Notes: generated by a model from the letters alone, not told the origin. A DNA stretch of 64,000 nt from an uncultured Nitrososphaeraceae archaeon (GCA_963765895.1 CAVXZB010000048.1:32001-96000); one strand, 5' to 3'; positions 22,571 to 34,193 are shown, counted from the stretch's first letter. Program-made: numbers and translations.

Positions 22571-22957
22571 TTACTTACTTCTCTTTTTTGTCCAACTTAA
22601 TCTCTTATTATTCAATAACTCAAAATTTTCATAGATATGAGGTCTCTTGGTTCTCATTCCTTCTACTGTTGGTTTGGCTTTATTCCAAAAAGGAGTAGGA
22701 TTGAATGTATCAAAATAGAGGTTTTGATCCATCAAACCATGACTTACAAGAACACCCGATAATTCAAAAAAACCACATACAGCTATGAAGTAGGACCGTT
22801 CACTAGAAGCACCAGGATATTATTCCAAATATTCATAGTCCTTTGCATCCAGTCCTTCCAGAAATCATAAGATAGCATTTCTATGGTTATCATATATTTG
22901 ATATAGATTTAGTAAGGTGTCTGTGTTGCTGGCTCTGGGATCACCTTTACTTTTCAT
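22571..22957 (-). pseudogene. DUF4760-like protein with two in-frame stops
   Basis: LLNLYQIYD...IL*FLE...E*YP...VCGFFELSGVLVSHGLMDQNLYFD...IYENFELL. Confidence 0.65.
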
Positions 22958-23002
22958 TCTGTACTTCTAATCCATATCTACATTTACTCTGGCAGTTAAA
23001 AC

Positions 23003-23090
23003 TTGTGATATGCTTCCATATTGTTATTAGAAGACACTTTCTGACATCATTTATGTTGGACTTAAGTGTCGCTGCGATTTCGATTTAAAC
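23003..23090 (+). repeat. Dispersed element (module C partial)
   Basis: CATATTGTTATTAGAAGACACTTTTCTGACATCATTTATG. Confidence 0.65.
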
Positions 23091-23122
23091 CCCTAATAAT
23101 TAGATTAGAACTTTTGTGTTCC

Positions 23123-23637
23123 TTAGGTACCAGATAGGAATATATCAGGCAGTATTATTTCCACCAACGCATCTATAATAACTGGGAGATTTACTGGTAA
23201 AGTCTGTACTCATATAGCTGAGCGAGCATGCATACCTACTTTTGGGCCATACAATGTAAGGATTAATCAGAAAAGCCATCAGCTACATCAGCTGTCTTGG
23301 TAAATCCCTCTACTGTATTTATCATAACTCTAACCTGGAGCCATGCTGCCACTTTGTCTAGTCTACCTAGTTCATGTTTAAGGCTGCCTAATATCGATAA
23401 ACAAGCTAATTTTGCAGATTCATATCCTTGCTCAACAGACACATCGTTTGTTCCTACCTTGCCATAAGGTCCAGCAGCAACAGAACCATCATGATTTTGC
23501 GGTCAATGACCTAAGATATATGCTTTATCTCCTCGAAGCCGAACCCATACAGAAGGGGTTTTAACGTCTGATGGTACTTCTAGTGATTGTGGAATTTTGA
23601 GAGCAAGAGAATTAAGTTTAGATTCTATTTGATCCAT
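23123..23637 (-). pseudogene. RidA/YjgF family protein, disrupted
   Basis: MDQIESKLNSLALKIP...AYILGH*P...GKVG...ADGFSD, then GMHARSAI*VQTLPVNLPVIID after a frameshift. Confidence 0.8.
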
Positions 23638-23685
23638 GTAGCTACTATTATATTTCAATAATAGGGTTATTATTAAGTTCTGGAA

Positions 23686-24272
23686 CTATGTTAAAAATAT
23701 AATTTTATTATTTGATTCCCCTTTATTCATTTCAGATAGTAATGTTTGTAAATTGAGTGGCAACGCATCCATAACCAGCCGCCCTTCAGTATCTCGTGGC
23801 CATTCTTCGGAGGGCCTATCGCGATAGATTTCTATGCCATTATTTTTAGGATCTCGTAGATATAACGACTCAGTTACTAAATGGTCTGCAAACCCATCGA
23901 ACCGCATTCCAGACCCTTTGAGGGCAAGGTAGGTTGGCAGCGAGATCGCCCCTATCTGGAAGGAGTATTGCAAAGTAAAAGAGTCCTGCAGATCTAGGAG
24001 AAGGAATTTTTGCATCTGAACTGTGTTGGAGTGAAATTAGTGGTAAACTCAGATGAACCAGAGAGATGTCTGAAACCCAGGTCATAGATGAAACCTCCAT
24101 GATGGTCCTGGTATTTTCTGATTGGCTGTAAATCAAAATATCCCCCATAAAGCCTTAATTCTCTGTTAATATCCTTGACGAGTAATAATGGAGGTCCAAT
24201 TCTAATTCTACTACTGTACACGTGTCTATCCATAGCATTCACTGTTGAGTTTCCTATTCTACTAGAGGTCAT
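23686..24272 (-). pseudogene. Catechol-2,3-dioxygenase-like (CatE) VOC protein, frameshifted
   Basis: AGLFYFAILLPDRGDLA and DHLVTESLYLRDPKNNGIEIYRDRP are spread over three frames. Confidence 0.85.
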
Positions 24273-24414
24273 GTATTAACATAAAGATAAGATTGTTTTT
24301 GGGTATTATGCAAGCTAAGATTAGTTTTGGTGTAAATTTTCTAATATTTGTCTGATTTTATTGTCCAGTTATAAAACAGTCAAACTGAGCAAACAAGTGT
24401 AAAAGTAGCTTCAC

Positions 24415-24580
24415 ATGCTAAGTTTGTTGGTTCAAGCCTTGACTGCTACATTGCTAGAGAGAATGGTTCTACAGAATGACTGTATACTGACAACGATTAT
24501 GGCTATACTCAATTCTATAAATCAGTGGATACCACTATGATGGGTAGGTTAACCTATGACAAGTTCTTACATTCTGGTTT
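24415..24580 (+). pseudogene. Dihydrofolate reductase/RibD-C family N-terminal remnant
   Basis: SSLDCYIARENGSTE*LYTDNDYGYTQFYKSVDTTMMGRLTYD. Confidence 0.75.
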
Positions 24581-24688
24581 GACGATCATCATGAAACTAA
24601 ATAGCGTCCATAGAATATCATGGAAAGAGGGGAGATCTTTATCAACGTGTTGGGTCGATCATAAGCATAAGAGAGTGAATCAATAGCC

Positions 24689-26429
24689 TTGGCAAAAAGA
24701 GTCGCAGATATAATAGTCGACTCGCTAATAGCGTCTGGAGTCAGGAGAATATACGGAGTATCTGGAGATTCTTTAAATGGGATTACAGATGCTGTCAGAG
24801 ATCGAGGCAAAGAAAAAATCTCTTGGATTCATGTTCGCCATGAGGAAACAGCTCGCTTTCGGAGCCGGAGCCGAGGCTCACCTTACTCGAGAGCTGGCGG
24901 TATGTGCTGGCAGCTGCGGGCCAGGGAATACGCATTTGATAAATGGACTATACGATTGTTACAGGAGCAGAGTTCCGGTCTTGGCAATTGCTGCACATAT
25001 ACCAAGCAGAGAAATTGGAAGCTCATACTTTCAAGAAACACATCCAGAGCTTTTGTTCAAAGAGTGTAGTCACTATTGCGAGCTTGCCTCACATGCAGAC
25101 CAAATTCCGCGCATTCTTGATATCGCAATAAGGACGGCCCTTTCACTCTCTGGAGTTTCTATCATTGTCCTTCCGGGCGATGTCGCACTACAAGAGGCTG
25201 TATCTGCTAGACCTATTACACGTGTTAAACAATCCAAGGTAGTAATTTGTCCCAGTCCGCAAGGAATTGCGGAGCTTGCAGAAGTTCTCAATTCGGCAGA
25301 AAAGGTGACTATCCTAGGTGGTGCGGGTTGTGCTGGGGCACATTTGGAACTGATCAAGGTTGCAGGCATTTTGCAGGCTCCAATAGTTCATGCTATGAGA
25401 GGAAAGGAGTTCATAGAATATGAAAACCCATACGATGTGGGAATGACTGGATTACTCGGTTTTTCTTCAGGATACTATGCCATTATGAATTCTGACTTGC
25501 TGCTCATGCTTGGCACTGATTTTCCGTATCAGCAATTCTATCCTTCTCATGCATACATAGTTCAGATAGACATTCGAGGCGAACAGATAGGTAGGCGTAC
25601 AAAAGTGGATTTGGGATTAGTCGGAAATGTCTGTGAGACGCTGATAGCATTGATACCATTGCTTAAACAGAAAGAGCCAGACAAAGGTAATCGTCATCTG
25701 AAGAAATCCCTTGACCACTACAGAGAGGCACGGAAGGACTTGGACGCGCATGCAATCGGCAAGATAGGGCAGAAGCCAATACATCCTCAGTACGTGGCAA
25801 AGCTAATTGACGAGCTGGCATCACCTGAGGCGATATTTACCTGTGATGTAGGTACCCCTACCATCTGGGCTGCGCGTTATTTACGCATGAATGGTAAGCG
25901 GAGGCTGCTAGGATCTTTTTCACATGGCTCGATGGCAAATGCTCTGCCACAAGCAATTGGAGCACAAGAAACTTTTCCAGGTCGTCAGGTTATTTGCCTC
26001 TCTGGAGACGGTGGGTTCTCTATGCTCATGGGGGACTTTATCTCATTAAAGCAATTAAAGATGCCTATCAAAGTAGTTATCTTTAATAATAGCTCTCTGA
26101 GTTTTGTAGAACTTGAAATGAAGGCAGCCGGATTCCTCTCCCATGCAACTGATTTGATAGAAACCGATTTCTCAAGGCTGGCTGAAGCGGTTGGAATTTT
26201 GGGGCTACGAGCTGAAAGACCAGAGCAGGTAAAGACGGTACTAAGTCAGGCCTTAGAGCATGAAGGTCCAGCCTTGGTTGATGTAATCGTGAATAGGCAA
26301 GAGTTGGCGATGCCGCCAACGATTACTCGGGAACAAATCAAGGGCTTCACGCTCTATATGATAAAGGCGGTACTGAATGGCAAAGGAGATGAAGTTGTAG
26401 ACCTAGCGAAGACAAACCTGTTCACATAA
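24689..26429 (+). CDS. poxB: ThDP-dependent pyruvate dehydrogenase/oxidase (quinone); one +1 frameshift near 24853
   Basis: GVSGDSLNG, VRHEE/AAFGAGAEA, GSCGPGN, YFQETHP, HGSMANALPQAIG, GDGGF...NN. Confidence 0.92.
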
Positions 26430-26659
26430 CATTAACTCTATTCTTTCCTGCTCAATCATTATGCTTGCGACTATATTGATAAACTATTTGACTCTCTATA
26501 TTCAAGAGAGCTGTGGCTTACCTTCATTCAAGCCACACTGCTAGTGTTGATTATCCTCTGATTCAAAAATTTTTTTGTAATTTGTAATTGCGATATTATT
26601 TTCTGAGGGGAAATTACACTACAGAAGTCGGGGATTTTTTTCTTTTTGTAATTGCTATA

Positions 26660-26800
26660 TGCACCTCCTGATAGATATGTAAATGAATTCTTGTTGTCCT
26701 AACCAGACTCGGTTCTATACATTTGATCTCTCAATTCAGAAAAAACCATTTTTAATGCGATATGTTTCATAACGTAAATAGAAGACACTATTCCTAGATG
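26660..26800 (+). repeat. Dispersed modular element (A+B+C variant)
   Basis: GCACCTCCTGATAGATATG...CTATACATTTGATCTCTCAATTCAGAAAA...TTTCATAACGTAAATAGAAGACACTATTCC. Confidence 0.85.
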
Positions 26801-26875
26801 ACTGGACCCGGGATTTAGAGGTATAACAGACTGTTTATTGGTGTAGGAGAGATGGTAGTTCATCTACTGCTTGAT

Positions 26876-27124
26876 TCAATGATTAAATGTCGTGCTTTGA
26901 CGATGATAAAATTCAACTGCATATACATGCTTGCATTTGGTATTGTGACGAGCGTAATCTGGACATGAACAAACCCATCCAGATTCAGTTGCAATGACAG
27001 TATAAGTGTTATAGCCGGATTTTGATCTTACCCTATAACTTGATTCATTGATCATCGAAATAGCGCCACTTGTTTGGGCTATCAATCTGCCTTGCTCTTC
27101 ACGGTTGACGAGTCGTCTAGGCAT
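26876..27124 (-). CDS. Stand-alone SWIM zinc-finger protein
   Basis: WVCSCPD...KCKHVYAV (CxC...CxH). Confidence 0.85.
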   Translation of the reverse strand: MPRRLVNREEQGRLIAQTSGAISMINESSYRVRSKSGYNTYTVIATESGWVCSCPDYARHNTKCKHVYAVEFYHRQSTTFNH

Positions 27125-27598
27125 GTTTAGCCAACCGTGCGCATCCTAACCGCAGGAATTAGTTTCTCGTCTATTGCCTCATCAAATCTTTTATTAGGAT
27201 ATTCTTGGCATTCTCTTCTGATTCTAGTCACTCCATTCAGGTCTTTCGTGTATATGCGCATCAAAGCGTTTTGCCCATCTTCCCATGTACTCTCGAATCT
27301 CTCTCGAATCTCTCACCAGCATATTCCTTATAAGAATCAGAACCAAAATGCCAGATAGTGACAATCCAAGAATCATGATCTGGAATGGATGATAATGACA
27401 ATGACAGTGATGAGGGCGCGTTCTATATATCGTAGCGTCGCCTATACACAAGTTAATACATTAGAAAGTCGAACCAGAAGTATAGCAAGGTAGGAAACGA
27501 TAGAGCTCGAGATCCTAATTTGGTAATTCACTGAAAATATTATTTGATAACGTTACTTGATCTAGCCTATTTGTGCGGCGAAATGTCAGTGTAGTAGA

Positions 27599-28177
27599 TT
27601 ACTTGTATCTATTTTCTAGATCGTTTCCATATTTCTGAATTAATTTGCGTACTTTGGGATTAATGACAACACTGCAATATGGAGCATCCTGATGTTCCTC
27701 ATAGTAATTTTTGTGGTAATCCTCTGCAACATAAAAGTTTTTAAAAGCAGTAATTTCAGTCACAATTGGATTTTTGTAAACATCCGCTTTTTCAAGATCC
27801 CTTTTTGACTTCTCGGCAATTTCTTTTTGTTTTTGATCATGATAAAAAATTGCAGATCTATACTGTGTGCCAACATCGTTGCCTTGTCTATTAAGAGTAG
27901 TTGGATCATGAGTATGCCAGAAAACATCAAGGATTTTTTCATAAGGTATCACTGTTGGATCAAATTCTATTTGAATTGACTCTGTATGCCCTGTTTTTCC
28001 TGTACATACTTGCTCATAAGAAGGATTTTCTACTATTCCTCCTGAATATCCAGGTAGAACCGATTTGACGCCTTTGAGCCTTTTGAAGATTGCTTCGCTA
28101 CACCAAAAACACCCATTAGCAAGCGTTGCTATTTGCACTGTCATGTTATTGTCATTGTCACTGTCATTATTATTCAT
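27599..28177 (-). CDS. msrA: Peptide-methionine (S)-S-oxide reductase
   Basis: GCFWC, GYSGG, YEQVCTGKTGH, RQGNDVGTQYRSAIF, AEDYH. Confidence 0.96.
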   Translation of the reverse strand: MNNNDSDNDNNMTVQIATLANGCFWCSEAIFKRLKGVKSVLPGYSGGIVENPSYEQVCTGKTGHTESIQIEFDPTVIPYEKILDVFWHTHDPTTLNRQGNDVGTQYRSAIFYHDQKQKEIAEKSKRDLEKADVYKNPIVTEITAFKNFYVAEDYHKNYYEEHQDAPYCSVVINPKVRKLIQKYGNDLENRYK

Positions 28178-28300
28178 GTATTATTCTCTTAGGTAGCCGT
28201 CTAGCCCGCCTTAAATGGCGATTTTCAAATTGAAATATGAATAGTGCCATTGAGGAAAAGCGTATTCTCGGCATCCGAGGACTTAACATAGTCACCCAGA

Positions 28301-28410
28301 ATATTTATAATCTGGCGCGCCGCACATCTGTATTATAAGACAGTGTTTCCGATATAATTACACGGGACATGTCAAAATCCGATACTGTCCGATGTGTTAA
28401 GACTTGGCTA
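28301..28410 (+). repeat. Dispersed element (modules C+D)
   Basis: TTTATAATCTGGCGCGCCGCACATCTGTA is identical to 7773-7801, followed by TTTCCGATATAATTA and ATCCGATACTGTCCGATGTGTT. Confidence 0.9.
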
Positions 28411-28456
28411 TAGATTGAATTAGAGGACAGATTATTAGGTTATAATATAATTTAAC

Positions 28457-28855
28457 TCAATGTTCTTCTAAAAACTTCTTCAAATTGTTAACTTCTATAT
28501 CAAATCCTTTAAGTTGTTCCTGAAACTAATCATCTAAAAGTCCATCTGGTCTCATAAACATCCATGTGGTCGTAGAACCTTCCTCATTAGGGACTACTCT
28601 CATGTATACATTCCATTCTAATCCTCCACCTACAAATGTATGGTCAAGTATCCCCAGATTTTGAAATGGTTTGACTTTTACCTTTGATTTACCTGAAACA
28701 ATATGATCAAACTGCCACCAATCATCATCACCTCTCGTAACTGATTTTATTGCACCTCCTTTCTCCATATTCTTCACATAAGAAAAGAATTCAAATACAT
28801 GATTTGCAGGTTTGTTAACGGTTAGGACTTTTACAATAACTTGCTTGGGAGCCAT
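28457..28855 (-). pseudogene. SRPBCC/polyketide-cyclase-like protein with an in-frame TAG at 28526-28528
   Basis: LGILDHTF...MRVVPN...RPDGLLDD*FQEQLKGFDIEVNNLKKFLE. Confidence 0.7.
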
Positions 28856-29444
28856 GGTCTACTATGACATCCGTTTAGTAGGATATTTATTCCTTAATTC
28901 CATCCAGGAATGGTTAGTACATTTGATTATACCCATTGGCGGCAACCTATGAATTAATCGATAATTAGATACTCGCCAGTCACCACCATTATAACGTTCG
29001 GGCAGACCGGCGCAATCTGACCAGCGGTTTAAAATGGCTCAAGCCTACCTAGGTACGCATGCCAACCAGGGACAAAACGTAAAGCAGGTTCCTCCGCGAA
29101 AATTTGTCTTGCAGAGTTTAAGAGTTCACTGACCAGTCTGTTATTATCGGTCCATATATTGTTTCAATAATTTGTGGTGATAATCAAATTAGAATGTGAA
29201 ACTTGCTTAACCAAAGTGACATTTATTGTGCTTGACTCAGCAAGTGAAAAATTTTAAGGAGTTTAATATGCCTCATTTGCTTATTATGGCCTTCGTATCT
29301 AGAAGCTCGAGATCTTAGTCTCTTCTCTTACCTCATAATGATTAATAATTAGAAACGCTTGGGGTTACTAAAGCGATAACGACAATCAGTATACTTTTGA
29401 TCCTTTGTATATTTATAAACTGCACTCTATATATTATTGCGAGT

Positions 29445-29937
29445 ATGCAGAAAATAACTCCATGCTTGTGGCTCGATTATAAAGCAGAGGAGGCGAGCAA
29501 AGTTTTATGCCTCCATTTTCAAAAATTCAAAGATTGGTGACGTTACCTACTATGGGAAAGAGGGATACGAGATTCATGGAAGAGAAGAAGGTTCAGTTTT
29601 GACTATGGAATTCGAAATTGAAGGACAAAAATTTGTAGCACTCAATGGTGGCCCAGTATTTAAGTTCAACGAAGCCATTTCATTTCAGATTCATTGTGAG
29701 ACTCAAGAAGAAGTGGACTATTATTGGAAGAAACTTTCTGAGGGTGGCGATGAAAAAGCGCAGCAGTGTGGTTGGCTCAAGGATAAATATGGAGTCTCGT
29801 GGCAAATTGTTCCAATAGCTTTGATCCAGATGCTAAAGGACAAAGACACTGAGAAATCAGAGAGAGTCATGAAGGTAATGCTTCAGATGCATAAGCTCGA
29901 CATAAAAACTCTAAAGCAAGCATATGAAGGAAATTAG
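29445..29937 (+). CDS. VOC/PhnB-like protein; one +1 frameshift near 29496
   Basis: MQKITPCLW...AEEA/AKFY, ALNGGPVFKFNEAISF, QCGWLKDKYGVSWQIVP. Confidence 0.88.
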
Positions 29938-30016
29938 TAAACAGTAAGATAGCAGCAGATCTACAAGAGATATAGGATGCTACTATTAGACCATAGATGG
30001 GTAGCATAGAGGGTGA

Positions 30017-30100
30017 TTGATTTCACAACATAAATAGAAGATACTATTCCGATACCTATCTTGGATCTGATAGTATCCGATATTGGTCTAAATTAGATTG
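30017..30100 (+). repeat. Dispersed element (C partial + D)
   Basis: AAATAGAAGATACTATTCCGATA...GGATCTGATAGTATCCGATATTGGTCT. Confidence 0.7.
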
Positions 30101-30248
30101 ATAGTGCAAGAATAAGTTATGAGTGCCTAAAATTACCTTTACATTCTATAATGATAATTAATCGCCCGTGCAACAAGGGCTTATTTTTTAATAATATCAG
30201 AGAAAATATGTTTAATTATTTTTATATTTGATCGTCCAATCAATAATT

Positions 30249-30602
30249 ATGGATTACCGTAAGTTATGTGAAGACATTCTTAACTTGGATCCAAGGGTGC
30301 GTTTTGCGGGGGTCTGTGATGATACTGGCGAAATAAAATATGGTGGACAACGCGAAGGTGTTAAGAACTTGCTTATGCCAGAAGAAACAAAAAAATCAAA
30401 CATTCAAGCAATAGCTATGTGGGGATTGCGTAAATCTCTTGCGTCACGAGTTGGAAAAGGTCTATACGCTATGGCTGAATATGAGAAAATAAAGCTTATA
30501 ACGTTTCCACTAGAAAACGATCATTTCCTTCCTGTCACAACAGAGGTAGAGTCAGATCATAACAATATCATAAGCAATGTTCTCAAATTACTGAAAAGCT
30601 GA
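30249..30602 (+). CDS. DUF6659/roadblock-like protein
   Basis: LCEDILNLDPRVRFAGV, GGQREGV, YAMAEYEKIKLITFPL. Confidence 0.8.
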   Translation: MDYRKLCEDILNLDPRVRFAGVCDDTGEIKYGGQREGVKNLLMPEETKKSNIQAIAMWGLRKSLASRVGKGLYAMAEYEKIKLITFPLENDHFLPVTTEVESDHNNIISNVLKLLKS

Positions 30603-30699
30603 ATCCAAGTATTGAGAATTTCAAAATTCATTCTGACCTTTTATTAGTAACGATTCATTTAAATGTCTTTTTCTAAAGGACCAACTTATGCCATTGCTA

Positions 30700-31015
30700 C
30701 AAGTGACAATGCACCACACAACAAATTTCCTATAATCAACCAATGGAGTTTGCAACAGTTTTTCTATCCACCCAGATTTTAGTTGAATTTGTGGTCTGGG
30801 CGCGCTCTCTATTAGTATACCTAGATTGTACGAGTTTTGCATCTATGAGCCATCTTTTAAAATAGCGCAGTAGATAGTTTATCGCAGGCCTTTGACCATC
30901 CCACCTTTGCATGATTGTGACTACCTGCCCGCATTTTGAATTTATCATTCCAGGAATGCTACGATAAGAGGTTTTAATCTTGCTGAAGGAGTATTTGAAG
31001 TATCTATTGCACGCT
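30700..31015 (-). pseudogene. PriX-like protein, central remnant
   Basis: SIPGMINSKCGQ...QRWDGQRPAINYLLRYFKRWLID...TTNSTKI / WIEKLLQTPLVDYRKFVVWCI. Confidence 0.75.
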
Positions 31016-31035
31016 GAGTACGATATTTTATGGAA

Positions 31036-31977
31036 TCATACTTTTTTAGCCTTCAATAATATATAGTCGATAAGTCCCTGACTAGAATCAACCTTCATTT
31101 CTAAAAGTGATTTGTAAAGAATAGCTTCAAGAAATATTGGGTATTCTCTAACTATCATACTCTTTAATTTATCTCTGTTCTGAATATAATAGTTCGCTAA
31201 TGGCCCATATACATTTTGGCCTATATACTGGATATCTTTGATTTCGAAACCATGTGTTTTAACTATCGATTTGACGTATTCTAACTTGTAATGTTCTGAG
31301 ACCCAGGTTACAGATAGTATTCCAAGTTTTATAAAAAGTGGTAATGATAACAGATTAGAGGCATTTGCTATAACTGGCATTGCCAATACCATAAGTCCGG
31401 AGGGTTCTAAGACCCTATTTGATTCTTGTATAAATTGTATCAATGGTTTAAAATGCTGCGCAGATTCTAAAGCAATTACTCTATCTACAGAAGTATTTCT
31501 AATTGGTAACATTGTGGAGGTCGCATTTATATGAAATATATTATTATTTCTTAAACTCTTTAGTGGGACTAACCCCACGCCATAATCTATTGTTTGACTA
31601 TTTGACTTGAAAGCGACAGCAATCTTTAATTGTTCTAAATTTATATTTATACATAGGATTTTCAGGAAACTATATTGTGATTTCCATTGAAGTGCAGGAG
31701 CAGAATATCCGCTCCCAACATCTACTAATCTTGTTGCTGTCTGCAAGGAAGCAAATTCTCCAATCATTTTAGAAAGTCTATATTGTGCCTGCAAAGGATA
31801 TTGAGTCTTGTCATCCCAATATCCAAAATTGAGCATATTTCCTCCAGTTGTAATTTGCATTAAGCCTGAAAGGGAATTGTAAAGATTGATAACATCATGT
31901 TCATTGCGTCTAAGAGTAGATAGAAATAGTTTAAGTAGATTAGTCAAAGGCAATATCAAAGCGATAGACAATTTCAC
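31036..31977 (-). CDS. Class I SAM-dependent methyltransferase
   Basis: MLNFGYW, LVDVGSGYSAPA, DRVIALESAQHF. Confidence 0.88.
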   Translation of the reverse strand: MKLSIALILPLTNLLKLFLSTLRRNEHDVINLYNSLSGLMQITTGGNMLNFGYWDDKTQYPLQAQYRLSKMIGEFASLQTATRLVDVGSGYSAPALQWKSQYSFLKILCININLEQLKIAVAFKSNSQTIDYGVGLVPLKSLRNNNIFHINATSTMLPIRNTSVDRVIALESAQHFKPLIQFIQESNRVLEPSGLMVLAMPVIANASNLLSLPLFIKLGILSVTWVSEHYKLEYVKSIVKTHGFEIKDIQYIGQNVYGPLANYYIQNRDKLKSMIVREYPIFLEAILYKSLLEMKVDSSQGLIDYILLKAKKV

Positions 31978-32161
31978 CTATTTAATTGAAATAGATGAAA
32001 GATTATGATCTTGACTTTATTATCTCGATGGTGGGAAGGGATAGATAACAATAATAACACTGGTATCTACATGAGTGAGAAGATCTACAATGTCGCTTTA
32101 TAGTTTCGTTTGGAAAATGAAAGCCCAAGATGATCATCGTCAACAAGTGAGCTAATTCAAT

Positions 32162-33328
32162 TTAATTATGTTCGAATATTCTGCAAGAATATTCAGACAA
32201 TTTTTTTAGAGCCTGAATTCTCTCATGTCTTTCTATTTCTGCACCTTCAATCGCAGACGCTAAATAGCTAATCGATCTATCGTAAGTCTTTCGCGCTATA
32301 GGATATGGCACTCCATCCTTGCCGCCATGAGCAAAGTTAAATTTTACAGGATCTTGCCATGATGCTTTAGTTCCGTAAATTAATTCTCCAATTAATGACA
32401 GAGATCTTACTGTAGCAGGACCAACTCCATGAATAGAAAGCAATTCTTCGTAATTTTGTGGGTGGATATCATAAATTCGTCTGAATAGATTCCAGTCCAA
32501 CTTACGAGGCATCTTATAATGCTCAATTAAATTATTATTATCAATCTGTTGACTATTCAAAACTAACATTTCTGGAATTAGCCAAGTATCTAATGTATTT
32601 CTTGTATCCGAAGTAAGTATGCTTGTTACTTTATGAACTGATGACCTTAGATTATCAATATTATCTGTTACCAAATCGACACAGATTCTTTGGTTCTCTT
32701 TTGAATTAATTGATGTCATATTGAGAACATTAGAACTTTTATATTTACTTATGATTGCAGAATGTGGTTCTAAAATGAAACTCTTGATCTTATCGGAAAT
32801 CCAGTGATACCTTCTTGCCATTCTATTAACTTGGTTCATACCTTGTTGAATGATTGCCCAATTCCCATTTTTGTCAAAAAAGATCACATGATGATATAAG
32901 GAGTAACCATCTTGTACTGCTGCGTTGTCAATTTTTGCTGCCATTCTACTTGCATATAACAAATCATTAATCTTTACAGAAGATAGATTGTAGTGCTTTT
33001 CGGCAAGCTTTGGAATATCATTTTTGGTTGTTGTAGATTTCTTTCCTTTTCCTCCAGCAATAGAAATTCCATGTACATCTTCTTTCAATGCCTGATTTAG
33101 AACGCCTGTTACCACAGTTGTAACTCCAGACGAATGCCAATCAAACCCCAGTACACAACCAAAAGCCTGAAACCAAAGAGGATCAGATAACCTTCTCAAA
33201 AATTCCTGTTGTCCATATTCATCAATCATTACTTTTGCTATGGAATAAGAAAGCTTAATCATTCGTCTAATTAAGTACTGCGGAGCATGTCCTCCATGCA
33301 GGGGCAGATTAATAATGGAAGTTTTCAA
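32162..33328 (-). CDS. DUF763 family protein
   Basis: LPLHGGHAP, SDPLWFQAFGCVLGFDWHSSGVTT, HhH motif GVGPATVR, FAHGGKDGVP. Confidence 0.92.
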   Translation of the reverse strand: MKTSIINLPLHGGHAPQYLIRRMIKLSYSIAKVMIDEYGQQEFLRRLSDPLWFQAFGCVLGFDWHSSGVTTVVTGVLNQALKEDVHGISIAGGKGKKSTTTKNDIPKLAEKHYNLSSVKINDLLYASRMAAKIDNAAVQDGYSLYHHVIFFDKNGNWAIIQQGMNQVNRMARRYHWISDKIKSFILEPHSAIISKYKSSNVLNMTSINSKENQRICVDLVTDNIDNLRSSVHKVTSILTSDTRNTLDTWLIPEMLVLNSQQIDNNNLIEHYKMPRKLDWNLFRRIYDIHPQNYEELLSIHGVGPATVRSLSLIGELIYGTKASWQDPVKFNFAHGGKDGVPYPIARKTYDRSISYLASAIEGAEIERHERIQALKKLSEYSCRIFEHN

Positions 33329-33595
33329 TGGTCATTTTATATAATGACATAATCTATATAATTATAGTTCCAGCTTCTAATCTGTCAGTATAAATTTTCT
33401 GAATTCGTCAATTGAGCGCGGATATAAAAGGATTGAAGGGGCTAATGCTTACAGTTTTTAGTCATAGAATATACTACTGAGGAGTTCAGTTAAGTCCGCT
33501 AATTGGGTAAATCGAGATCCAAGCAGTCTTTCCACATTACTCTTTGGGCTGAACTGTACTTATCTTGTCCTACTTTGCCCTATTCATTATGTCAA

Positions 33596-34193
33596 TTAAG
33601 CAGCTGGAATTGATGGTGGCCGCATAATTGATAATGATGAATTATCTGACGGTCGATGATTTGGTATAGTTGTACTACCAACTATCTCGAACTGCTGAGA
33701 TCCTTTAGGAAAACTGAAGATTATTGTTCTATCTAGCGTAGTTGAAGTCTCGTCAAGTGATTCTATGAGATTTCCATCTATTAGTACCTTAAAGTTGTTA
33801 TTAAATCCTATTAAAGATGTATTTGAATCCTATTAAAGATGTATTTGAATCCTCAGTATCGATTAAACCTCTAGGCAATTCCAAGGTAAATTTCCCTGGT
33901 GATGGTGAAGTAATATTTATAATGACTATTGAATTGTTTGCTAGTATCTCATTTAGTTTGTTACCAAAGCCAGTAATTTCATATTTCATAACATCGCCGG
34001 GCCTATTGGTTAGCACCCCTCCCTTCATCTGCTCCAGTTGATTTAAGGGCATAGGCGTAATTTGGTGTAGTGAAGAGTTTTGTAGGCCTAGTAGTAGGCG
34101 TAGACGTTGTAGGGAGGAGACAGCTCGATTAACAAATTGTGGTGGTGGTTTTTGCGGTATCGGTGTACTTGGATTATGCTGCAAGATCTGCAA
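33596..34193 (-). pseudogene. Surface-protein domain frameshifted by a 22-bp tandem duplication
   Basis: KYEITG...PGKFTLELPRGLID, then FKVLIDG...RTIIFSFPKGSQQFEIVGS in another frame. Paralogous to 47305..47817. Confidence 0.7.
33804..33852. repeat. 22-bp tandem duplication
   Basis: AATCCTATTAAAGATGTATTTG x2 plus AATCC. Confidence 0.95.

Noticed and set aside
28975-29155. GC-richer intergenic patch as a possible ncRNA or tRNA
   Set aside because: No cloverleaf is visible. The minus strand reads FVPGWHAYLGRLE, more like a decayed SRPBCC-type gene end.
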